Origin: Trichosphaerium sp. ATCC 40318
Lineage: Eukaryota > Protista > Tubulinea
Assembly (NCBI GenBank): GCA_038496445.1
Contig: JALMLS010000315.1
Span: 1-64,000, forward strand
DNA: 64,000 bases
Direction: 5' to 3'
In this document: positions 13,132-26,288 of the stretch, one piece after another
Numbering within the stretch: the first letter of the stretch is position 1
Layout of the letters: every line of letters starts with the position of its first letter
Notes under the pieces: generated by a model
The model's input: only the letters and a program-made list of their open reading frames with translations
Told to the model about the DNA's origin: nothing
Database searches by the model: none
Position numbers and translations under genes: made by a program

Positions 13132-13570
13132 AGTTGTTCGTATTGCTTTAAAGTGAAATAGTGTACACAACTCCTTGGAAACCTGAAATACAGTAACTTG
13201 TTGACTATTCAACAAGAGAAGGTGTAAAGACGAAGTGTATTCCGGTTCTTTTTCTTAAAAATGGCTTAACTACTCTCATTCATGGTTTAAAAGGATGACT
13301 GTAACTTGCATTATACTCTTATACTTAAAAAGCTGTCCTAAAATAACCAAGTTCTCCCATAAAGGCAAAAGCATTAAAAACTATTTTCTGCAATTGAACT
13401 GTACTTTAAAACCATGGCATGGTCATTTCTTTAACAAGAAATGCGGAAACAAGCACTTTTGATGTGCTTACTGCGGGTTTTTGTAAAAAAAAAAAAGTTG
13501 AAAAATTTCGTGTTTGCATAAAAGAAACCTACGTGAGATAGCTATTGAGTTTTATTGTATGCGTATATAT

Positions 13571-14469
13571 TCACTTTATCATTGAGGTTGCAACCCTAAT
13601 GAAAACGTTAACCAACTGTTGTCTGGCAATCTGTTTTTGACGACTTTTTTATCAGACATGTTCATAATGTCTGAAAAAACTTAAAATACGGATTGACGTA
13701 CTTTGTGGTTGCCTTTCGGGCGTATTTCTGCTTTGTTTTCTTTGCTTTATCCTTTGCTTTCACTTTTATATCCTTTAAGGGTACTTTAGCACCACCTTTA
13801 GCCGCAAGTTTGGCGCGTTTTTCAAACAATGTTACAGCTACCCTAAACGATAAAATATTAACGTCATACGCTTTCCCTACGCGCAGATGTATCGTTACGT
13901 ACATAAAAACTATTGTCATCGCTACATTTACGCCTAAGTACCCAAACACGTATGCAAGCTTAGTAGATAACGGATAAACCGGTCTCAGACCATCTGTTGT
14001 GATTATACTGCTAGCTAAACATAATTAAATGGCGAAGAATTCAAACGTTCTTTTATACCATTTGCGTCAATTGAGGGTTCTGTGCCATTCAACGTTACGT
14101 TGAGTGTCGGTGGTATTACCGTAGGTGTTTCTGTTGGCGTTTCAGGCGCAGTAGGTTGCGCTGGCTCCAAAGATGGCACTGAAGTCGTAGGTACGCTTGA
14201 AGGCGTTGCAGTAGGTGCTGAGGTGGGTATTTGGGTAGGCACTATATTAGGCGCACCGGTTGGCACCACAGGTGACGCAGTAGCGTTACTTGGAGCCTCT
14301 GAAGGCGGTATTGTAGGTGACTCTGTAGTAGGCGTTGAAGGCGCTACAGGCTGTGTAGGTTGTGTTACACACAAATACAGCACACAACCTAGGCATTTAA
14401 TGTGAGTGGCAGAAGCGCTTGTGGAAAGGAACTAGTACTTGTTAAGAGCAACAAATGTGCGCCAATCAT
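13571..14469 (-). CDS. Mucin-like type I membrane protein
   Basis: Signal peptide MIGAHLLLLTSCVLYLCVT, Pro/Thr/Ser-rich ectodomain, TM (LAYVFGYLGVNVAMTIVFMVAVTLF) and Lys-rich tail. Confidence 0.75.
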
Positions 14470-14686
14470 ATTGTTTGGCCTACTTCCGCTAGCAAGCGTT
14501 TAAGTGAGTTTAAGTGTATTCGCTGCCGTTCACAACACCATCACGCGCGCTAGGCAATCAAGGAGAACCGTGTTGTTGTACAAATAACAGAAATAGATTT
14601 TTTCGTTGACACGACAGTCAGTACGTTAGGAAAACAGTTTGGTTAACGTATTGGTTGATAACGAAGAGGTTTAAGCTAAAATAGTA

Positions 14687-16370
14687 ATGGAAAAATCTGC
14701 CATAACGACAGACGATGATGAGAAGTTAGAGGGCAGGTAATAAACTGCTCTGACAACATTCTTGTAACTCTTACAAGAACACAACATAAAGTACAGGCAA
14801 AACAATGGTTCAAAGGTATTGGATATCCAGTAGATCTAGCAGAGATTCAAGATAAAGGTATTAGAACACTCATCATTTTTGTTAACCGCTTTTTGTTGAT
14901 TGTCTGTTCGTTTTTTATTAAAAAATGCTTTTAAATAGGTTACGGTATGGTGGCGACGCGTAATATAAGTGCTTCACAAGTTATAATGCAAAGGCAAGAA
15001 AAATAATATGGGATTTTTGTAACTTTTTTTTCACGTGTTTTTTTTTTTCAAACTGACGCCTTTAGTGAGCCTATGGCTCATTGTCCTTACCAGCCGAGGG
15101 TTAATAGTGTTTGCGCTTTTTGCGTCCGTAGATTTTCACAGCCAACAGAAGACGAGACATCCAACAAGTTACGGAAAAAGATGTTTAAGTTTTTGAACAA
15201 TTATTTCGTTAAAACTCCTTTATTAACTCTCACCCAAGGCCAAATCTAACTACACATAAACCATCAAGGCCTGTACGTGAAGCTTCAAAGAAGAAAAAGG
15301 AGGTGGAGGATTTTGCGGACGATGATAAACGCCAATGTCCAAAATGTGAAAAAGCAAGTTTTGCCAAAAATTAAATGTCACGTGATACTCACTTTTCCTT
15401 TTTTTCTTTTAGGTTTGGTATTGTTCAAGCGAATGTCAAGAAATGGATAGGAAAAATCATGATAATATAGAATGCCATGCACTTCAAGGAATGGATTTCG
15501 AATGGATTGCTGATTATTACCAATTTTGTGAAGATTTAATCACTGATCTACGACTGCTCATACGTGCTGCAGCTGTAAGATATAACTGTATAGGTACACT
15601 CACCAACGAATACAATTTACTTGCATTGACATAAGCCTTAAACTCGAAAAGTTGTAAGCGGCTCGAAAAATCTATTAAACTGTTCTTTTTTAGAAGAATC
15701 AAAAAAGAAAAACAAAAAAACAAACAAGTTCGACTCAACTTATGGTCAACTTATATCAAATAGAAGCTGTTATACTGAAGAGGTACTATTTTCATTGAGG
15801 TACGTAATAATAATAGTACAATTACCAATGATTTTTAAAACACTGAGTGGTATATCAGTGAAACTAAGTGACAAACTTATTTTTTAGGAGTGTTGTACAA
15901 CTTGTCAATTATTTGTTACCTCCAGAAGGTCAGGTGGATGAAGATCTTCTCCTTGATGTTTACTGTAAACATCGAGTTAATATGTTTGGTGTATGGGGAG
16001 CGCATAATGGAGAATGTTTGGCTTATGGAGTCTACCCAACAGGTACGAGAAGTCTTACCCAAAAAAGCAAGAAAAAAAACAAGGACTGGCTTCAATTAAG
16101 TTTGTTTTAGGCTCGTTTTACAACCACTCGTGTGGACCTAATACTACTTTCTACCGATGCTCAAGGGAACGTATACCTTATCTACAGTTTTTATCTACAG
16201 AGCGGATACATAAAGGCCAAGAAGTAGCAATATCCTATATCGATATAACAGATGGAGTTGAAGAAAGACAAAAATGTTTGGAAGAAAAATACTTTTTTGC
16301 ATGCTCTTGTGCGAGATGTATTTACCAGTTAAGTAATATAGCAGAAGATGGTGATACTGATGATGATTAA
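14687..16370 (+). CDS. SMYD-family SET/MYND lysine methyltransferase
   Basis: KGYGMVATRNI, CAFC, CPKC..WYCSSECQ, NMFGV, FYNHSCGPN, ISYID, post-SET FACSCARC. Confidence 0.9.
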
Positions 16371-16779
16371 ATTACTTCAAAAGATTATTAATAAAGAGAA
16401 CGGTTCCGTGCTTAAAACAAATTAACTTTCGTTCCCTAAAGTTCAACATCATTCATGTTAGACATACGCTCAATACAAGCCTTTTTTGATGTCTGCATTC
16501 TGTAACGGTTCTTGTCATTAATCCATAGCCACAAACAGCTAGGTTAAACCACAAGTTACAGCTTTTTTGCATATCAAACTTAAACAGCTACAAATTTTTT
16601 AAGTAATTCAGTATTTATTAGTTACATTAGTGGTACATTACAGCCAAGCAGCGAAGGAAGAACAGTTAGCAAATAACTTATAATATGTATTAATAAACCT
16701 ATAATTTGTATCATTATTTACAATGGTGGTGCATTGTAAACAACGATGCATTAAAACTACCAATGAAAATATATGAAAT

Positions 16780-17190
16780 CAGAAACCTACATACCATTTT
16801 GCAAGCTATCACCTTGGCTACACCTAAAATGTATGTACCCATCCTGTGCATCCACACTCTTGCACCCTACCTAACTGTTACAGTATGACGTACCATCCTA
16901 TGAATCTATACCCTTTTGTACCCATTGTAAGCCAAGCCTTGAAAGTAGAACAGTTAGTATGTAAACTTTTATACATGTATAAACACGTGCCTATGATAAT
17001 CTATCCAATTACAGAATCTCCACCTTGCCAAAATCTTGAAGCCTTGCAACCAACCTTATCACCCAAGCCAATAAGAAGCCTAACTTACGTACCACCCTAT
17101 GAATCCCCTTTTGGTACCTACCCAATTACTTTACCAACAACCTATACGTACCATCCTGTCAATCCACATCCCTTGTGGCTACTCATACAA
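16780..17190 (+). repeat. Degenerate C-rich dispersed repeats
   Basis: About 4-5 copies resembling (A)CGTACCATCCTRTGAATCC..CTT at ~16812, 16888, 17087 and 17147. Confidence 0.55.
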
Positions 17191-17216
17191 AAGGTTAGTC
17201 ATAAATTCATATGATA

Positions 17217-17536
17217 TTGTTGCCCACAAGCAAAGGCACATGTCCAAGTACTTGTTGGAAGGTAAGACACCTGTGGGCAAGAATGATGCCCTAGTGAGAT
17301 ATATTTGAAGCACAATGTGCAAGGTACATGGTTGGCATTACAAAAGGTATGTACTGAAGCCCTCAGAGCAACACTGCATGTATAAATAAATATATATTTA
17401 ATACATACCTTTTGTAATGCATGCAACTTGCACTCATTGCAATTTCAAATATAGCCTGCAAAGGCATCATTCTTGACACACACGGTGTCTTTCCTCCAAA
17501 CAAGTACCTAGACAGTACCTTTCCTTGTGGGTACAA
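17217..17536. repeat. Long imperfect inverted repeat (foldback), ~140-bp arms and ~40-bp spacer
   Basis: 17217-17358 aligns to the reverse complement of 17398-17536 (CCCACAAG, CAAGAATGATGCC, TATATTTGAA, GCATTACAAAAGGTATGTA). Confidence 0.9.
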
Positions 17537-18435
17537 GTTGTACAAAAAATAAGTTATCTTAGACACGTATGTCACCTTTCAACTATCCATCAACCGCTAC
17601 GCCTAGGTAAGACAACCGTGGTGCGTTACCCAAAGTACTTGACAAATGTAGTTCCTCTGAGTATCTGAATAATTGTGCAGCTTAAGACTACCAGGAACAC
17701 ATGTCCCCTTCATCCACTGAACGGAATCGAGCGCTACTACATTGCTGAAGCAAAACCTCACACAGTGCTCACGCATTCTCCAACTTCCCATTGCTTACGC
17801 AATGCTTCTCATCGCATGCATTTCCCATGACCAGAATCTCCTCAAGCATTTATACACGTGATTAAACGCCAGCGGAGAAACAAGTTCATGGTTGTCATGT
17901 ATTCATATATTCAATATGATTGGCATACATGGGTGGATAGCATTCGTTTACCCTAAGGCTCACTCAATACTAAAAGTACTCGCTTGCCCTAGGGCTCACT
18001 CATACTGGACATACTCTCTAGATATATGTGCAACACATAGCATGACTCCGGCACTCAGTTCAGCATAACTCCTTTCAAAGATTTTATAACACCAAAAGAG
18101 GAACCAACTTTCATAACATAGGCATATAGTTGTCGACGGTTCGTTGTCAACAATGCATACTATCATACTCCCAGTCGATGGTCCAGGTGGAAGTATGGTA
18201 CTCATGTGTAATACTAGCGTACACTCAGATGTGATGTGCATCTGAGACTATGTTCCGTGTACTCACTCCGTAGTCCCTTAGGCAGTGATTAATGACCCGA
18301 TTAAGAAGCCCCCCCGATATACACGGCTAATTGTTGCACATACAAGCTGTTGTCCCCTAAGAGGGGACTTCAACTCACTTATTTTCTGCACAACTGTCAA
18401 AGATTGTGGCCCGCTGGGAGCATCAATCTAATCTA

Positions 18436-19035
18436 GCTGCTGATGACACGTACCTGTTAGGGTACAATGTCCTCATAGCGGCGGCCTGTGAAGGTCGCCA
18501 CTGTGGTTACAAGAGAAGAAACTCGATTAACATATTCATACTGCATTGCTGCTGTACACATGAAAGAAGAGCTGCTTCTTTTGTGGCTGCTTATGACATG
18601 GACCTGTTAGGGTGCAATGTCCTTACAACGGTGGATCATGGTCACCGCTGTGGTTACAAGAAGAGTAACTCGATTAACATATCCATACTGCATTGCTGCA
18701 ATATATTATATATGATAGAAGAGTAGTACTCTCTTGCCAGGCTGCTTACTTACCAACATCACAAAGATGCTGAGCTGCTGATGACATGTACTTGTTAGAG
18801 TGCAATGTCTGTACAACGGTGGATCTCGGTCACCGCTGGTTACAAGAAGTAACTCGATTAACATAGCCATACTGCATTGCTACAGTACCATATGAAAGAA
18901 GAGTTACATTCTTGTGCACTAACATCACAAAGATGCCAGTGCTGTTGTTGTTGTCACAAGGACAAAGTCATGCAGAACCCACAACTCGATTAACATTTCT
19001 ACGCCTGCATGGGCGTTCTAATGATAGAAGAGAAA
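18436..19035. repeat. Tandem repeat of ~150-190-bp units (3 full + 1 partial)
   Basis: Units start GCTGCT(G/T)ATGACA at 18436, 18586 and 18774 and share TGTTAG, GGTTACAAGA, AACTCGATTAACAT and ATACTGCATTGCT. Confidence 0.9.
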
Positions 19036-20041
19036 GAGTACAACACAACCAACAATAACATTTTGAAGGCACAGTACGAAGCTGCACTGTCACATCATGG
19101 AATCGTCATGATGGATGTACTAAGGGCTTGCCTTTTCTATCTCATCTAGAGTATCCAGTTTTTGTGGTACAATGCGAGTGTTCTGTGCTCATCTACCAAG
19201 GTACTTAAGACATGTCTTGTTCCCAAGGAGTATGACAATGCATGATGTAGTTACATCACACATCTTGCAAGCTGGAGGTCGATTAACACTGCCTATGCTA
19301 TGTTTTTTATGCATTTCTCATAGGGGTTATGTGATAGAAGACCAACTGCAAGCAGAAGAGAAGCGACTGCAAGGGCACAACACAAAATTCTTTGTGTTTG
19401 GCGAATTTTTTTTTTTTCGTCAGTGCCTCAAAGTGCTTTCTTCTTTTATGCTGTATTAGGCTACACGGTTGTAAGACTGAGGGTATTATGTGAAAATATT
19501 GAGTTTTCATGGCACCTCTAATACCATTGTAGGTCTCGTAGCTCTCTGCATACGCGTTGTGTGGTGTGGTTGAGTGTGGAAAAAAAACCCAAAACAGCAA
19601 TTGCTTTGTTGTTCCTGTGCTTTGAGCCCCTTTTTCGTTGTTGACAGTATCCAAATAACTACTTGTGGGTTCGAGTACCCGCTCACAAACACCGTCACTC
19701 TATTTTATTGCCTTTCTATTGCGTATAAATAGTAACAAAAAACCAACCGTTTTTTCTCAAACTGCCTTTATTTGTCTCCGCTTGGCACTTACATCTATTT
19801 GCGCGTTGTTTCACCAACTCAATTTGCTGTTTTCACTGTTCCTCTCCACGACGAATTTCAGTTGACTATCAAAACCTCAAAAAAAAAAAAACAGATCCAA
19901 TCTCATCTTTTAGTTGCACGCTGCACATAATAATTGAACGCTTTCCTTGATACGCACTGCAAGGCTATTTTTTTAAAATATTTGCTATAACAACGAATAG
20001 TTTACATGTTAGTACCATTTATTATTTAGTTTATTAGTGCG

Positions 20042-22057
20042 TTACAGTTGCCTTACACGAGGTGCACAGACACATCTTATATTACAAAAAATTAGAATAA
20101 AATAAGAAAAAACAGCCGCTTGTGAGAAGTGGCTTTTATGTACCTAAGAATGCTTGCATGGTACATCAGAAGTGCTATGAAAAATAGAAAAAATGCAAAT
20201 ATTGAAGCACCCCAATTAAAACCGACACTTTGAACCAATCCACCGCCAAGTAAAGGGCCAATAAGTTCACCTTTTTTGAACAATTTAAAAAAAAAACAGA
20301 AACATTTTCTAAGTTGATTCTCATTACTTACCCATCATTAGAGCAGATCCTACATGAACAAAGTTAATAAAAATGGTTTTAATAGTTTTAAAGCTGTAGG
20401 GGTTTTTATGTGGGAGCACCAGACTGACGAGTATTACATTTAACAGCATTAAGTTACGTTCAAATACATATTCAAGAGTACCTGCTATACCAGACACTAT
20501 ACTTGTCACATCTCCAAGATGCTTTGCTTCTGCCAACATAAGTGGTACAGTAGGTATAAAAGCAAATGCAGCACCAAGCCCCAACAGCATCAACGCCTTT
20601 AAAAATAGGTTTAACATCAAAGTAGTATGGGAAAAAAAATGGACAATCTGTATTGCATGTCACGTTTGTCTCCCTAAAATCGTACCAAGATAATAACCCA
20701 TAGTTTAGAAGGCACAAACTTTAAGAATGGAGCAGGTCCAATAAGGAAAAACGAAATAGTTGTCAATACAAGTCCTACAATAATAACAAATGGTTGTCCT
20801 ACTTTATCAGAAATATATCCTGATAAAGGAGCTGCAACTGTGAATATACCAGAAGCTAACAGGAATAGTAAGCCTATATTAGTAGGATTTACATTAAATT
20901 TTTCCAAGTGAGGCGTCAAAGTAGGCTCTAAACAGCAGGTAAGACATTGTTCAACAAACAAAAAAAAAGACTAACCTAAAAAAGCTAGCGAGGCATTCGC
21001 TAAGCAATTGCAAATCATTACTATCCAAAAGAAAGGTAACTTTAGTATCTCAACTATAAGGTTCTCTATAACACGGTTTACAAGAATATACGGAAGTTGA
21101 TTAATTATAGGCGTACTAGCTGATTCTTTGTTGTGCACAATTTTGTCACGTGGAATAAGAAATAACACAACAAAAAACGTTATTAGCAGGCATGGTCCTA
21201 ACACAAGAAAGGGCACAATGAATCCTCCGTGTTGGTATAATATACCACCAATCACAGGACCTACCATTACCCTAAACCTCATTCAGTAACGATGAACGCC
21301 ATTCAACAAATGAATAAAACAATAAAAACTATCAAAATGGGACTTGATTTTTTAATCGTTTCTCTTACCCCAAGCCTTCAAACACTTCCAAGAAGCCTAA
21401 AACTGTTCCTAGCCTTTCCTTATTAGGGCAGAAATGCACCAAGACTTCCATTCCAGTAGTCTCAACTAGACCAGCAGCCAATCCTTGAGCCATCCTTATA
21501 ATGATAGATACAACTATAAACCACGTTCCATCCAGATAATTCAGAGCAGCAAAGCTCGTTGTGGACAAAAAATCTATAATCAAGCCGACTAACATTAAGT
21601 TTTTCGCACCAAGAGGTCTTATCAAAAATCCAGCCGCTGGAGCACTAAAAATACCAACCAAAGGGAAAACTGCAAAAATAATCCCAACAACAAACTGTGA
21701 TACCTTTTGAAGTCACGTTTTAAAAAAAAGCCTCACGTGCCAGTCATAAGATACGTACTCCCTTGGACTTGGCTTCAGTTGGATAAAAAGGAGCTAGAAG
21801 GCTGTACGCTGTAGAAGCAAGAAAGGAACCTATGCTGACAGCTACCATAACGTTGAAGAAGTCTTGAGGAAGACCACAACGCGTTTTTGTAGTACTTGGA
21901 ATATCTTCTTCGGAGATAACGCGCTCATATTGAATAGTACCTTCTTTGGACGTTAATAAGGCTTCTGACGAGCTTGGCAAGAAATATAAGCGGTTTAACA
22001 GCGTAGAACATGCGAATAATCGTACCTACGTAAAATCCTAGCTGAACCTTGTTTCAT
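20042..22057 (-). CDS. MFS transporter, SLC18B1-like
   Basis: SLLAPFYPTEAKSKG, LGFLEVFEGLG, VGPVIGGILY, LEPTLTPHL, GYISDKVG, GELIGPLLGG; about 12 TM helices across exons. Confidence 0.85.
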
Positions 22058-22442
22058 AATGCAAAAAAGCGCTAACTGATGTGAGTAGTTTATTCAAAGA
22101 ACAAATGTTAAGTCTCAACAAGTCGACTTCCAGCAAGTGTATCTTTGACATTATCTGTAGCTATTGTGCTATTATTACAATGGTCCTGAGATATTCTACT
22201 TTTACGTTGTAGAGCTGTGGAAACGTATATCGCCAACGCCTTGATTCTGGCTCCAACGAACTTGGTTGCACAACAACCTTTTGTTCTTTCTAGCACTCTC
22301 GCTTAATAAATAAATACTACTTTCAATTGGTGGCAATGTGTTTTCACAAAATGGTCACGTGGAAGGACGTTTAAGGCAGTCGCAGACTAAACGGCTAAGC
22401 AAGAATTTTATTTTATTTAAACTCGATCTGTATCTGCGCAAT

Positions 22443-23384
22443 ATGTCTAAAAGGCGACGAAAACAACAACAGAATGCAGTTGTTACTCCTCCAGCACCTA
22501 TAAACCTTCAATTACCAGCAGATGATGCAAATTTGGCCGGACCAACGAATTGGTCGAATTGGGTTAGTAATATACACTTTGCAGCTAAAATACCGTATTT
22601 GTGTTTTCTCAATTGTACTTTTAACTGAAATCGAAGGTAATACCAGGACACTTGCTAATGGGCGCATATCCAAAGTCTACTGCGCTACTAGAGAACATTC
22701 TCGGTGCAGGTACATCATTAGCACCTTTGTACTAATAATACGAGGCTAATACGCGGTAGGAGTGCGAGTATTCATTAATCTAGTAACAACGAAAGAGCTG
22801 GATCGAATTGCACCAAAAGGACCTTATTCAGGTATTTGCCCCAAGATAATGGCCAAGAACGCGGAATGGGGTATAACAATGAAGAATCTGGAGTTTATAC
22901 ATCACCCTATCAGAGGTATTTTTGACACATTGTTGTTCGCCATGTTTTAGAAAAAGACAAACATCTTCTTAGATAGAGACATTGAAGATGATGATACAAT
23001 ATCCAAACTAGTTGATGATATAATAGATATGCTACGATCAGGTAGAGTAGTTTTTGTTCATTGTAGAGGTATGTGGTGTCAACCAAATGAACAAAATGTT
23101 CAAACTTTTTTGTTGGTTTTCTTTTTGTTTGATAATTGTTTGGAATCTCTCGCTCTTAATCTCATTTATTCTTTTCTACAGGTGGTCACGGGCGTACAGG
23201 AACAGTTATATCAATACTTTTGGGCAGATTATTTAGCTTAGAAGCATACGATGCGATGCAACTATGTCAAAAGTTCCATGATAATAGAGGAGATATGGAA
23301 GAAAATAAAAATCAAGCACACTACAAAGCACCTCAGACATCTGTACAAATAAACCAAGTATACAGGATTTTAGGTAAATCCTAA
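22443..23384 (+). CDS. Cys-based (dual-specificity/PTP-like) phosphatase
   Basis: Spliced active site VFVHCRGGHGRTG (CX5R); SNWVIPGHLLMGAYP; C-terminal PQTSVQINQV. Confidence 0.85.
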
Positions 23385-23544
23385 TTCATCATATTGACGC
23401 CATGTTATATTTACTTATAGTTGTACCAAATAAAAGGGAAGTAACAACTCAAAAATCATGATAATAATGATTACTTTAGACATCGATGCTTGTTATTTTA
23501 TTCAAGCTGACATACAGTGTTTTATATACATACAAGTGTCGTTG

Positions 23545-26054
23545 TCAAAATTCGCTCCTTCGCGGAGGTGCATTGCTTACTGCTGAAGAATATTAGCAAA
23601 CAGCGTATTCATGAAAAAAAAAGAAAGGTTGATTTCGAACTTCTAAAAAACCAACAAATAACTACTATTGCGTACCAGTATGTATTGGAGCAGAGTCCGG
23701 ACTTCTAGTTGTTATATTAAAATTAATATCCTCTTGTGATCTATTACTACCACCTGCCAGTCTAGCTGGCATCTCCTTTATTTTACTGATACTTTCAGAA
23801 TCAGCTAAAAAACAACAATGTCAGTATGAAACATCAAGAAAATCATTATCAATGATTTAATAAAAGCATACCATGTGTAGGAAGAAAGACGTGTAATCGG
23901 GTAGCTATTCTTTCAACAGCAGCAGCTCGGTTATAATGAAGACCCACACGATCTGCATGAAGCATGACAAGTTTGATAATCTCTATGCACAACGGCCATA
24001 ATTCGGCGAAGGCTATGAAGCCATACAACACCTAGAAAGTTTTAATAAACTCAGCCGCGTTTCAACTCTAACTAGTCAAGTGTACATCATTGAATAGATT
24101 AACATCAAGTGTGTAAGCAGCGACTAGAGCACAATCCTGGAATATGCAAGCAGCTAAAGGGAAATGGATGAAGATTGACCATCTATCTCTTAGCATACAC
24201 CAAGCTCCTGATACAACCTAGAAAATTGTAAGAAAGGAAGGTACTTAAACAGGTCATAATATTATAAAGAAAAATAATGTGACACGGTTAATAAACACGT
24301 GGGGATTTTTTAAACTAAATCGTACTAGCTTTGACGTTTGAATTTCGTTGCCACCAAAGTGAGCAATGGCTTGAATAGCATACAAGCAAATCTGTGCAAC
24401 TTCAACAGCGAATGTTGCTCCTTTACCAACAAGTTCAAATCGAATAAACTCTTCAAGCTTACTTAAATCAAATAAAATTGTTCTATACTCGCCCTCTGAC
24501 TACAAAATTACATAAGATAAAAAATACAAGCGGTACACAACAGTGTTTTTAACAAACTCGAACAAAAAAAATTATCAAGTCGTACAAATGTTAAGCTTGC
24601 TAACTCCGGTCTGGTAGAATCCAAGTTAAATACACGAGGAGTTATGCTTGATCTTATCTAAAAGTAAAAGTAAAAATGTGATTGTTTTGTCAGGGCTTTT
24701 AAAAAAAAACGGTATTTTGAAAAGCTGCTGTGGTAATCTTCTTCTTTCGCCGTACTATTGAGCCTGCACCCCATAGATAGTGAAATCCCTCTGTTATTGT
24801 CACATTCTTTTTTTTCATATCTTTAACCGCATCTTGAAAAACAGCAACACGTGCTACACTAAACTAAAAATAAGTACAACAGAGGAACGATAAGGTATAA
24901 AAATAGAACCTACACATTCGGTTGAAAATCGGCTGACAGCAATTTACAATACGTCTTTGTAGTATCAACTATGAGTTCTAGATTACTATCACTACTATTG
25001 AGTTTGGGAAGCATATCTAAACGAACAATGAGCTCCGGAAAAACAAAAAAGTTTTCACGCCAACTCGCTCTACAAAAACTTTGCATTACCATTAGCCAGC
25101 GCCAAATAGTACCTATGGCTTGTGTTAAAGAAGACACAAAGAAAAGAATGTGTACCCAACTACGCTAATATCTCCAAAGAGAAAGTGGTATGTTGACATT
25201 AGCGCCAGAGCGCTTGCAATACAAGGATGATTTGTTTGACCCAGGCAAGCGAAAACTGTGTTTGCCATGTTACAAAACTCCACTCCATGCTCAGGACGTC
25301 CTAAAAACAACACTCAGAGTTCATCTGACTGGAAACAGAGGCGGCTAACTAAAATCGTACCACGTAAATGCGCTCCAATTCCAACAAGAAGAAACACTTC
25401 TAGAATCACAGGATCTGCCACCCAAGCTAAGAAACGTTTAGAAATACTTCCAAAACTGCGAATTGTACACGTACTTGAACCGCGTAAAGATTCTAACAAT
25501 GATTGAGCTGTCCATTGGCCAGCGTATACGCCCTATCAATAACGTCAGTTATTTTTGGCAACGCTAAAAAACTGTACCTGCCACGGCGCGTAAATGAATT
25601 GATACGTATCAAGATAACTTGTAACTTCCGCTGCAATGTTAAGAGATGTACCGACTCTTGGTATTATTGTCTAAGAAGCAGAAATAAGCGTTTACAACTA
25701 AAAAGCAATCAAAAAGCACGTGTGGCCCCAAAAAACGCTGTTTTGTCTTTGTACCTTTGCATTAGTCAATAATTGGACTTCGTTACGTAATTGTAGCAGT
25801 TCCTCACGTTGACCCTGTATTCTAGCCCGTAACTCCTCTCGTTCTTTCACAAGCTTATTTTTATAACCTTTTACAGGCCCGCGCTTCTTTGCAGCGGTAT
25901 ACACGCACTCTATCTTCTTTTTCGCACAACGGCCACAGGGCGATTGGTTATCGCACTTTAGATGATCTCTTCTACATGCTTGGCATGCTACCGACCGTTG
26001 TTTGCGTTTTATGCCCCTGCTTGTATTTTTCTTTCCCTTCGTTCTGTTTTGCAT
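23545..26054 (-). CDS. Zn(II)2Cys6 (GAL4-type) transcription factor
   Basis: ACQACRRDHLKCDNQSPCGRCAKKKIECVY followed by KKRGP, a coiled coil and multiple helical exons. The 3' end is approximate. Confidence 0.85.
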
Positions 26055-26288
26055 CCCACAAACTGTTTTACTTCATGTACGTGGCAATTGTAAATTGTTC
26101 AACACGTGTGGTGTAAAACCCGTCTATGCTTCACTGACGAGGCTTCCAAATGACTTGGTGAGCGATGAGCGATGCTTGATGTGCTATTTGGCAAACACAA
26201 CGTACACTTGCTTAAAACAACGCAGAGAAAACCAGAAATTTACAATTTTTTAAACTTCGCTTTGCCAACACGCTTCAGTTTAAAACAA

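Noticed and set aside
16846-17214. 122-aa Pro/Tyr-rich ORF
   Set aside because: It arises from the C-rich repeat tract and has no splice or domain support.
17950-18370. Telomere-like CCCTAA words
   Set aside because: Isolated and not tandem; insufficient for an interstitial telomere.
18436-19035. CRISPR-like or coding repeat array
   Set aside because: The units are long homologous repeats without unique spacers, no cas genes are present, and the short minus-strand ORF frame is broken in unit 3.
23545-26054. Zn2Cys6 gene as evidence of fungal origin or HGT
   Set aside because: This domain is also known from several non-fungal protist groups.
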